From assembly GCA_942492995.1 (NCBI GenBank), contig OW818653.1, positions 1,770,001 through 1,802,000 on the forward strand: 32,000 nt of DNA, given 5' to 3'. Positions within the stretch are counted from its first letter, which is position 1. Each line of letters opens with the position of its first letter. The notes beneath the pieces were generated by a model, which searched no databases, was not told the DNA's origin, and saw nothing but the letters and a program-made list of their open reading frames with translations. The DNA comes from an uncultured Erysipelotrichaceae bacterium (GTDB lineage: Bacteria; Bacillota_I; Bacilli_A; Erysipelotrichales; Erysipelotrichaceae). The translations under genes and the position numbers were made by a program. Positions 9,401 through 16,939 of this stretch are shown piece after piece.

Positions 9401-11355
9401 ACTATTCTCAAAGAGCTGGGCGAGCAGGAAGAAGTAAAAATTCTGCTGCATTTGCATTAACATTCTGTAATAGATCATCACATGATTTTTCCTATTTCAA
9501 TCGTCCAAAAGAAATGATTAAAGGAAAAATTAGACCTCCAAAATTTAAAGTTGATAATGAGAAAATAGCAATACGCCATCTTTATGCAACAGCACTTTCT
9601 AAATTTTGGAGAGAAAACCCCCATTTGTTTAATGATGCTGAGACATTTATGGAAAAGGGAGGTTACTTAGCATTTAGAGATTTTATCTTATCAAAACCTA
9701 ATGACTTAAAGAATGAGTTAAAGACATTATTCTCTGATAGATTAATTGAAGAATTTAAAATTAGTAGTTTTGGATGGGGAGATTTTCTTTATGAGAATGG
9801 GCCATTGAAACAAAGTAAGGAAGAATATGATTACATAATTGATATATTAACAAAATCTAAAGATTTGAAAAGTAACAATAAAAGTATAGATTACAGAATT
9901 AATACAATACACAAAGAAAAAATAATATCATTTTTCTCTAATAGAAATATTCTACCCAAATATGGATTTCCGGTTGATACAGTAGATTTGAAAATTTCAT
10001 TAGACAAGAGTAATCAGGCGACGGGTGTTGAACTTCAACGAGATCTATCAATGGCGATTTCAGAATATGCCCCAGGTTCGCAAGTAGTTGCAAATGGTAA
10101 AATAATTACAAGCAGATACATTTCAATTATTCCAAGTTTAGGTTGGAGGACCTTTGCACACTCATTGTGTACTCACTGTTTGACATTAAATGTTGACGAA
10201 TACAGTACTGATGAAAGCCTTGAAGATATTCTAAATGAATGTAAAGCTTGTAAGGAAAAGTTAACTGAAGATAAGAAGAAAGCTATTATACCAACTTTCG
10301 GGTTTACTTCAGATTTAGATATAAAACCAGCAGGAATAAAAAAACCTGAAAAAACATATAGAACTGACGTATATTATGTTGGGCATCAAAATAATATTGT
10401 ATTTCAAGAGCTAAAAATTGAAGATTCAATTATAAAAATTGGTTATTCTGAGAAAGATAAATTAGCAATGCTAAACCAATCTAATTTCTTCGTATGTGAA
10501 AGATGTGGATACTCAGACGCTTTTAGAAATGTGTTTAACAATTCAATAACTGAAAAACATAAGGATTCTAGAGGTAGATTTTGTGAAAATTCATTTTTAA
10601 AGAAATATACTTTAGGCTATACTTTTGAAACAGATGTTTTACATATTGAATTTGAAAGACCACCTATAGATAGTAGAGAAAAAGGTTTATCAATCTTGTA
10701 TGCACTATTAGAAGGGATATCAAATACATTAAATATTGAGAGGTCTGATATTAATGGTGTTCTGAAACCTGGAGTACTTGATGATTATGGAAATCATAAA
10801 ATATCCTTCGTAATTTTTGATAATACACCTGGAGGTTCAGGCTATGTGAAACAACTTAATAATCAGAAAATCATAAGTCAAGTAATTCAAAGAACATATG
10901 ATTTAATGATTAATTGTTCTTGTGGTGATAAGGAAAAAATGGAAACATCATGTTATGCATGTTTAAGAAATTATTATAATCAAAAACATCATCACATCTT
11001 GCAAAGGGGATATGTTGTAAATTTTCTTGGTGAATTATTGGGAATATTAGATAAATCGAAAGTTCAACAATCTAGTAATAGTCAACTAATAAATAATCAA
11101 TATTTAAGGGACTTTCTGAATTGGATAGAATTAAATAACTATGAAAATCCAATAATCGGTTATGAATTTAATTCGAAAAAATATGCTACAGCTGAATTGG
11201 TTTGGGAAGAAATGAAGTTAGCAGTAATTATTGAACCGCAAATTATTTATGAAGATGTAATCCAAAGTTTAGGGTGGGTAGTAATAAAACTGAATGAATC
11301 AAATATTACTGAAGTTAAGAAGCTATTTAAGGAGAAAATACATGGCCCAAAGTAA
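6448..11355 (+). CDS. DEAD/DEAH-box SF2 helicase fused to DUF1998 (DruE-like; MrfA/YprA/COG1205 class)
   Basis: 1635-aa ORF. Motif I 'STGTGSGKTESF', II 'VLDEAHVY', III 'LTSATL', VI 'YSQRAGRAGR'. Several CxxC zinc-ribbon pairs. C-terminal DUF1998 signature 'FDNTPGGSGYV...CSCGDKEKMETSCYACLRNYYNQKHH'. Confidence 0.8.
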   Translation: MFSPVNASTNIVNKYLRYLNTIFQLNDEEYTKLFKKELSKVGSFYKGPYLDVSNSYKKESNIEELISIGKLNRNFARININKERQLYSHQINALNKVIMGKNIVVSTGTGSGKTESFLIPILNSLASEQDKNTLDSGVRALLIYPMNALANDQIDRLRVVLKDYPEITFGSYTGQTENDEKSAQNKYNELNKSKPLINELISRERMHLSPPNILITNYSMLEYLLLRPESSVFFSNKFADKWKYIVLDEAHVYSGSTGIEVSYLLKRLNTRLENPNIQYILTSATLGSEEENNDVASFAQDLCSSKFDGADVIRAERVNMQPEGNLSIYDIETYSILASDIETSSEEYVLNLLSEVYHVSSGSLNNALYDFVIKDKNYWSIKYFLNEPKTIIEISEHMNWTIKEVEDFVYVASKAVKDEIKLFDSRYHMFLKSTESVFITLSPLKRVFLERKKIHIENNREYKVFEISTCIYCSSIYIHGEIDLEMKLQQKSQYNLDTDHHVFLLKDKYSNDNEDNEGSDNLSEYLLCPYCGHIVSEKDRKAKLCEHSKSEYVKVIKVKLKDSKKLTKCYVCENKNNTGVLRGFYSGHEAVSSVISSALYEELPSTLVENIKKTNSGGFGKRVNQPTLTSLAKQFLAFSDSRQAAAYFASYFDTTYKQLLFRRVLVNIISKMDKNFSMDFKEIANKLELSFLHDLNVDNAKMLAYQTLYNELFNINTSNSLSKKGLLNFNYNLESNYPILDLTENELNDFCMIIAETMMQSGAINVDGMEAGLTENDYDFFTYSSKLTGFKLNITEPNNKIISFTPSKLNGMNKRLDYVIRLMKKKGIYENDEKALRILEEVFNDFEHDLLIRDKNNSSFRIDPKMLNVSVRKLYKCDKCYSYTHHNIQKICPSYKCQGNLHEVLPDKEFEDDHYYQLYKTMEINSMRIVEHTAQLSSDKAYAFQKEFVDKKINILSCSTTFEMGVDVGTLETVFLRNMPPSPANYSQRAGRAGRSKNSAAFALTFCNRSSHDFSYFNRPKEMIKGKIRPPKFKVDNEKIAIRHLYATALSKFWRENPHLFNDAETFMEKGGYLAFRDFILSKPNDLKNELKTLFSDRLIEEFKISSFGWGDFLYENGPLKQSKEEYDYIIDILTKSKDLKSNNKSIDYRINTIHKEKIISFFSNRNILPKYGFPVDTVDLKISLDKSNQATGVELQRDLSMAISEYAPGSQVVANGKIITSRYISIIPSLGWRTFAHSLCTHCLTLNVDEYSTDESLEDILNECKACKEKLTEDKKKAIIPTFGFTSDLDIKPAGIKKPEKTYRTDVYYVGHQNNIVFQELKIEDSIIKIGYSEKDKLAMLNQSNFFVCERCGYSDAFRNVFNNSITEKHKDSRGRFCENSFLKKYTLGYTFETDVLHIEFERPPIDSREKGLSILYALLEGISNTLNIERSDINGVLKPGVLDDYGNHKISFVIFDNTPGGSGYVKQLNNQKIISQVIQRTYDLMINCSCGDKEKMETSCYACLRNYYNQKHHHILQRGYVVNFLGELLGILDKSKVQQSSNSQLINNQYLRDFLNWIELNNYENPIIGYEFNSKKYATAELVWEEMKLAVIIEPQIIYEDVIQSLGWVVIKLNESNITEVKKLFKEKIHGPK

Positions 11356-13402
11356 AATAGATATTAAGATTTCTTTATCTACAAGTTTTCTTGAATCATT
11401 AGAGGATTTACCTAAATCGATACAGAAAAAAACTCGTGAGTTTCTTACGAAATTTCAAGAAAATCCATTAGCTTCGAGCATTAACTATGAAACAATTGCT
11501 AATGCTTCAAACGATGATTTAAGATCAGTTAGAATAGATCAAGCATATAGGGGAATTATTCTTAAACCTAAGTTAGGCAATGTTTATTATTTACTATGGG
11601 TTGCAAAACATGATGATGCATATAATTGGGCATTAACCAAAAGAGTTGATTCAAAAGAAATAATGGGTTCAGAATATATTGACACAAGATTCAAACCTGT
11701 TTCTTTGAATGAAGAGAAGAAAACATTATTAAAACAAACTTCAATTGTAGATTTAGTAAAACTGGGCATTCCCTTAGAGTTAATTGATTCGATAAGAGAC
11801 GTAAATGACATAAATGAACTTGAAATTTATAGAAACACTCTTAATATTAAAGTGTATTTAAAACTGCAATATTATTTAAGTGGTTATAACCTTGATAAAT
11901 TGGATGATTTAGTTGATTTAGAAGATAATAAAGAAAATCCTTTTATAATGATTGAGGATTTATCAGACTCAGAACTAATAAAATTGATAAATAGTCCAAT
12001 TAATAAGTGGAGATTATTTTTACATCCCTCACAATTAAATCTTTCAAATAGAAATTTTAGTGGTTCGGCAAAAGTGATTGGTCCAGCTGGAACAGGAAAA
12101 ACTGTAGTTGCAATTCATAGAGTTAAACATTTATATAAAAATTTAAAATCAAATGAAAAAATCCTTCTAACAACATTTACTAAAACTCTATCAGAAGATC
12201 TCAAAACGAAAATTTCAGAGATATTACCAAGTTATTCAACTAATTTAGAAGTTATTAATCTTGATAATTTAGTAATGCAATATTTTACAAGAGAAAGATT
12301 AAATCTCACGGTAGTAGATGATACTAGTGATATTTGGAGTAAAGCGATAAATTATTTTGATTTTAAATCTAAATATAGTACGGAATTTATCAAAGACGAA
12401 TGGGAAATGATTATTTTGTCGAATAATATCGATAAATTAGATGAGTATTTAATTGTGCCTAGAGAGTATAGATCGAAAAAAATTGATCGAGCCTCAAGAT
12501 TAGAAATATGGAACATTATTGAAAAATATAAAAATGACATGGAAAATAAAGGGGTTGTTGACTATGAATGGGCAAAACTAGAAGCTATTAAACATTTAAA
12601 TAGAAAACATCCCGACGGCATTTATAGACACGTTATTTTAGATGAAGCACAAGATATGAGTGCTTTATCATTTAAATTAGTGAGAGCATTGGCTGGTACA
12701 GATAAAACTAATGATATATTTATTGTTGGAGATTCTAGGCAAAGAATTTATAAAAATAGAACAACACTGAAATCTTGTGGAATAAGAGTATCAGGTAATT
12801 CATATAGTCTAAATATAAATTATAGAACCACTGACTCTATATATGAATTTGCGACTAATATTATTAAAGATATAGAATTTGATGATTTAGATGGTGAAAT
12901 AATAAATATAGAAGATGCTCAAAGTGTTGTAATAGGGAACACTCCAATTGTTAAAGAGTTTGAAAATTATGATGATGAAATAGATTTCATATCAAATCTC
13001 ACTGAACAATTAGAATATAATATTATGAAAAATGAAATCTGTATTTGCTTGAGAACAAACGAACTAGTGAATAAATATGCCGATTCTCTAAATAAAAAAG
13101 GAGTTAAGATTCTAAAGCTATCGATTAACCAAGCTGAAAATCAACATTTAGATGGTGTTAGAATTACTACAATGCATAGAACAAAAGGATTAGAATTCTC
13201 ACATATAATAATTGCTGGGTTAAATGATGATATTATGCCTTTAGATACATTGTTAAAAAATGTCAACAACGACCAAGATATAACAAAAATATTTCAAACT
13301 GAGAAATCACTATTATATGTTGCAATGACAAGAGCAAGATATTCGTTAACTATTACTTCAAGTAAGAAATTAAGTTCATTTATAAGGAATTATAAAAACT
13401 AG
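11342..13402 (+). CDS. UvrD/Rep-like SF1A helicase with RelE/ParE-like N-terminal domain
   Basis: Preferred start is ATG 11342 (GGAG at 11331-11334), not the ORF-track 11294; it overlaps the upstream stop by 14 nt. Motifs 'VIGPAGTGKTVVAIHR', 'VILDEAQDMS', 'IVGDSRQRIY', 'INYRTT', 'TTMHRTKGLEFSHIII', 'LLYVAMTRARYSL'. N-terminal ~105 aa: 'FLESLEDLPKSIQKK...NP...LRSVRIDQAYRGIIL...VYYLLWVAKHDDAY'. Confidence 0.85.
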   Translation: MAQSKIDIKISLSTSFLESLEDLPKSIQKKTREFLTKFQENPLASSINYETIANASNDDLRSVRIDQAYRGIILKPKLGNVYYLLWVAKHDDAYNWALTKRVDSKEIMGSEYIDTRFKPVSLNEEKKTLLKQTSIVDLVKLGIPLELIDSIRDVNDINELEIYRNTLNIKVYLKLQYYLSGYNLDKLDDLVDLEDNKENPFIMIEDLSDSELIKLINSPINKWRLFLHPSQLNLSNRNFSGSAKVIGPAGTGKTVVAIHRVKHLYKNLKSNEKILLTTFTKTLSEDLKTKISEILPSYSTNLEVINLDNLVMQYFTRERLNLTVVDDTSDIWSKAINYFDFKSKYSTEFIKDEWEMIILSNNIDKLDEYLIVPREYRSKKIDRASRLEIWNIIEKYKNDMENKGVVDYEWAKLEAIKHLNRKHPDGIYRHVILDEAQDMSALSFKLVRALAGTDKTNDIFIVGDSRQRIYKNRTTLKSCGIRVSGNSYSLNINYRTTDSIYEFATNIIKDIEFDDLDGEIINIEDAQSVVIGNTPIVKEFENYDDEIDFISNLTEQLEYNIMKNEICICLRTNELVNKYADSLNKKGVKILKLSINQAENQHLDGVRITTMHRTKGLEFSHIIIAGLNDDIMPLDTLLKNVNNDQDITKIFQTEKSLLYVAMTRARYSLTITSSKKLSSFIRNYKN

Positions 13403-13435
13403 AATTTTACGACAATAACAATATATAATAAGAAT

Positions 13436-13762
13436 ATGAAAATCTATAATAAGCTTATTAGAGACCATATTCCTGAGATAATTACTAAAGATGGGAAAAC
13501 AGCAGATATTATAATTCTGTCAGAAGAATCGTTTAAACAAGCCATTAAAGATAAACTAATCGAAGAAGCAACTGAAGTAGCTAATGCACAAAATAGAGAT
13601 GATATCTTAAGTGAATTAGCAGATCTACAGGAAGTCATGGAAAGTATCAAGCAGATCTATAATATTAATACATTAGAAGTTAATACCATTCAAGCAGTCA
13701 AAGCTTTACAACGAGGTAAGTTTGATAAGAAGATATTCTTGAAGTCAGTGAATGAAAAATAA
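13436..13762 (+). CDS. Small all-alpha MazG/HisE-like nucleoside triphosphate pyrophosphohydrolase
   Basis: 108-aa ORF. N-terminus 'YNKLIRDHIPEII' plus acidic helix motifs 'LIEEATEV' and 'ELADLQEV', typical of the house-cleaning NTP-PPase (PRA-PH-like) family. RBS is weak. Confidence 0.65.
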   Translation: MKIYNKLIRDHIPEIITKDGKTADIIILSEESFKQAIKDKLIEEATEVANAQNRDDILSELADLQEVMESIKQIYNINTLEVNTIQAVKALQRGKFDKKIFLKSVNEK

Positions 13763-13781
13763 TTAATAAAAGGGGAATTGG

Positions 13782-14744
13782 GTGGACGATTACTTTAAAG
13801 AATGGTTAACCGTAATTGACGGTATGAACAATGAAAATACCTATAAATTAGCATGGGGTAGAGCCATTATAGAACTCTGTCATTCTTTTGATGTGATTGA
13901 AGGAAGCACTACAGTTTTTACATTTGAACAAATAGGAGAATACGTCTTGAAGTACTTTTGGAACCAGACGTATTTTTTTAAGCTTTATCAAGGACCAGCA
14001 AAATCTAAGCCTAAGATACAACAGATTACTGAACAGGTCATTGATTATTATCAAACACAAGCAAATACAAGAATACCTGTCTGGTTTGATTTAGGGAAAC
14101 CAATATTAACAAAAGATACCATCAAATATAAACGATTCTTAAAAGATATAAGTACTGCACTTAAACAAGATGTTTGTTGGAGATTCACAAAAGTAGGCGA
14201 AGAAAATATCGATTTATATATATTAGATAAAGATAGAAGAATTATAGAACTTTCATCTCATCAACATACAATCTTGAAGGAACATGCCTTCGTATTATCG
14301 CAACTATTAAATTATCGTTGGGCACAACTTCTAGAGAAGTTTAATCAAAGTCCTAGAATCGCTTTAAAAGTAAAAGGTTCAACAGATGAAAAAATTAGAA
14401 GGAATAGTTTAACTAAGTTCAAACTTGCATTATTAAAACAGTTCCCAGATGGAATAGTGAGAGACTTCTATACAGATGAAGTATTAGATTCAAATGATAT
14501 TAGTATTGATCATGTTATCCCTTGGTCATTCATGTATAGTGATGATATTTGGAATCTGGTAATAACATCAAAATCAAAGAACTCAAGCAAGAGTAATAGT
14601 GTTGTGAAAGAAGAATATATAAATAAGTTAAAAGATAGGAATATTGAATTAATTAAGTATACTGATGAAAATTGTAGATTGGAATTATTAGAAGCTATTG
14701 AGAATAATTTAATAGATAAGAGTTACTATCAGTTTAAAATGTAA
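13782..14744 (+). CDS. HNH endonuclease with ~230-aa uncharacterised N-terminal domain
   Basis: 320-aa ORF with GTG start and AGGGG RBS (13771-13775). C-terminal His-Me finger 'DISIDHVIPWSF...DIWNLVITSKSKNSSKSN'. N-terminal region ('NTYKLAWGRAIIELC') is unassigned. Confidence 0.8.
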   Translation: MDDYFKEWLTVIDGMNNENTYKLAWGRAIIELCHSFDVIEGSTTVFTFEQIGEYVLKYFWNQTYFFKLYQGPAKSKPKIQQITEQVIDYYQTQANTRIPVWFDLGKPILTKDTIKYKRFLKDISTALKQDVCWRFTKVGEENIDLYILDKDRRIIELSSHQHTILKEHAFVLSQLLNYRWAQLLEKFNQSPRIALKVKGSTDEKIRRNSLTKFKLALLKQFPDGIVRDFYTDEVLDSNDISIDHVIPWSFMYSDDIWNLVITSKSKNSSKSNSVVKEEYINKLKDRNIELIKYTDENCRLELLEAIENNLIDKSYYQFKM

Positions 14745-14757
14745 AAGGAGAAACAAA

Positions 14758-16554
14758 ATGTATATTATAAATGAAGAAATTAATAAGATTAAGGAGAATT
14801 ATAAGAAAGAATTTGGAATAAATATATCTGATGAAAGAGCATTTACTGCAATGATTTCATACATCTATTTTTATTATGATAAAGACTTTAGAGAGAATAT
14901 TTATTCAATTAGTGATTCAATAGTAGATGGCTCTTCCGATGGGGGAATTGATATAGTGTATTTTGATGATGAGCAAATGAAAGTAATAATTGTTCAAACT
15001 AAATTTACTGAAAGTGTAGATAACAACACAGTAATTTCTGAATTAAATAAAATGAATGCGACAGTTAGGAATTTTGAAGAAGGAAATTATAGTACTTATA
15101 ATAAAGCTTTAAAAGTTCAATTAACGAACGCATTAAATAGACAAAATGATGAGGACAAAGGAAATGTTGAATATTGGTTTGTTACTACATCCACACTGGA
15201 CGAAATAAGTGTCTATAGAAAAATAGAAAATGATATTAGAGAATACAATCCAGATATGGTAATTTTAAAACAAAACAATGACATCATTAGCAGAATAAAT
15301 AGTTTACGTGATGATTTTAATTATGTTAAGTTTGATAAAATCGATTATGATAAAGACTCTGGTGTTTTAAACTACGAAAGTAATGAAAACAAAGGTATTA
15401 TCGTAAATATAAGTTCTAAATCATTAAAAGATCTTTTCAATGCACATCAGGACAAAGGACTATTCGATTTAAATATTAGAAGATATATTGCAAATAAAGC
15501 AATAGATAGTGGTATATTAAAAACAATAAAGGACACACCGGATGATTTCTGGTTCTTAAATAATGGAATTACTATTGCGTGTCGGTATTTTGAAATTGAT
15601 GGTAATAAAATAAAACTTCATGACTTTTCTATAGTAAATGGTGGACAAACGACAAAATTGATTGGAGACTCTAAATTTACAAAAGTTCCGTTTCTAGTAA
15701 CTTGTAAGATTATTTCTGATAGTAATGGAGAAGATATAAATAGTGATTTTTATACCAGAGTTGCAGAAGCGACAAATTCTCAGAAACCAATATTACCAAG
15801 AGATTTAAAAGCGAATAGAAGAGAAATGAGATCATTAAAAAATTTATTAAATCTTGAAAAAATAAATCTCGAAATAAAAAGAGGTGAAAAGTCGACAAAG
15901 ACTCATTTCAAAATTAAGAATGATGAACTTGGACAATTAATTCTATCGTTCGTCAATCAAAGACCTGGTACAGCTAGATCAGGTAAAAAACTTATATTTG
16001 ATAATAATAGTTTATATAATACTATTTTTAACATAAACTATGAGAAAGAACCTAAAAAGACATTTCTACTAGACTTAATTGATTTTTATAGAAGAATAGA
16101 CTTTATTACTGATAGTTTAATCAAAAATAAATCAAGCAAAACAATATCGTTGGATCAAAAAAATATTTTAAAAAACGGGAAACAAATTATAATTGCACTT
16201 TTTGGTTTAATGTACAGACTATCTTTAGATGATACATATTCTAAAAAGCTCTATGAGGATTTAAGTAAATTACATACTGATGAATTTGAATATAAGCCAA
16301 TATTTAGTAAATATAATTTGGATGATCTAGATGAAAACATACTTGAGCTATTAATATTTTGCGTTGAGATTTTAGAGGAATCATGGGAACGTGTAAAAGA
16401 AAGAGAAACTAGTATTAGTAATTTCTTTAAAACTGATAAAAAATATATTGATACTATAGTAAAAACATTTTTATCGATCTATAATTCGAAATTCGGGAAA
16501 GTTAGAATTGAAGAACCTTTAAGAATCTATAAAGGTATTGATTGTGGAAATTAG
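14758..16554 (+). CDS. AIPR-family (abortive infection phage resistance) protein with N-terminal Mrr-like PD-(D/E)xK motif
   Basis: 598-aa ORF with AAGGAG RBS (14745-14750). N-terminus 'DGSSDGGIDIVYFDD...VIIVQTKF' (D...QxK, Mrr-like). Central 'FWFLNNGITIAC...IVNGGQTT' matches the AIPR domain pattern as I recall it. Confidence 0.75.
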   Translation: MYIINEEINKIKENYKKEFGINISDERAFTAMISYIYFYYDKDFRENIYSISDSIVDGSSDGGIDIVYFDDEQMKVIIVQTKFTESVDNNTVISELNKMNATVRNFEEGNYSTYNKALKVQLTNALNRQNDEDKGNVEYWFVTTSTLDEISVYRKIENDIREYNPDMVILKQNNDIISRINSLRDDFNYVKFDKIDYDKDSGVLNYESNENKGIIVNISSKSLKDLFNAHQDKGLFDLNIRRYIANKAIDSGILKTIKDTPDDFWFLNNGITIACRYFEIDGNKIKLHDFSIVNGGQTTKLIGDSKFTKVPFLVTCKIISDSNGEDINSDFYTRVAEATNSQKPILPRDLKANRREMRSLKNLLNLEKINLEIKRGEKSTKTHFKIKNDELGQLILSFVNQRPGTARSGKKLIFDNNSLYNTIFNINYEKEPKKTFLLDLIDFYRRIDFITDSLIKNKSSKTISLDQKNILKNGKQIIIALFGLMYRLSLDDTYSKKLYEDLSKLHTDEFEYKPIFSKYNLDDLDENILELLIFCVEILEESWERVKERETSISNFFKTDKKYIDTIVKTFLSIYNSKFGKVRIEEPLRIYKGIDCGN

Positions 16555-16939
16555 GAAATTGATTGTTGTTGCGGCAATTATTGTTGAAGATAATAAATAT
16601 CTAATTGGTTTAAGATCTACTGGCAGATTTGTTAATCTATGGGAATTCCCTGGTGGAAAAGTAGAAGAGAATGAAAATCATAAAAACGCTTTAATTAGAG
16701 AAATCAAAGAAGAATTTAATGTCAAAATAGAAGTAAAAGATCTAATAAAAAAGATAGAACATCAATATCCTGATTTCTATCTTGAAATGTATTGTTATGA
16801 ATGCAAATTATTAACTGATGATTTTATATTAAATGATCATAGCGAAATAATGTGGTTTGATCCAAAGAATCCAGTTGAGCTAAATTGGCTTCCTGCAGAT
16901 GTAGCAATTGTTGAGTATCTAATTGCTAATTCGATTTAG
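16544..16939 (+). CDS. MutT-type Nudix (deoxy)nucleoside triphosphate pyrophosphohydrolase
   Basis: Nudix box 'GGKVEENENHKNALIREIKEEFNV' preceded by 'VVAAIIVED...LWEFPGG'. There is no ATG start: the ORF track uses TTG 16538, and I prefer GTG 16544 (AAAGG 8 nt upstream). It overlaps the AIPR stop (16554) by 11-17 nt. Confidence 0.85.
   Translation: MEIRKLIVVAAIIVEDNKYLIGLRSTGRFVNLWEFPGGKVEENENHKNALIREIKEEFNVKIEVKDLIKKIEHQYPDFYLEMYCYECKLLTDDFILNDHSEIMWFDPKNPVELNWLPADVAIVEYLIANSI

Noticed and set aside
11294-11341. N-terminal extensions proposed by the longest-ORF track: 11294 for the UvrD-like gene, 19882 for the 195-aa gene, 24261 for the coiled-coil gene and 19772 for the SauUSI-like gene.
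   Set aside because: The internal ATGs at 11342, 19906, 24240 and 19760 each have an SD-like element at plausible spacing, and the upstream ATGs do not. 19882 also lies inside the predicted -10 box. The starts remain unverified.
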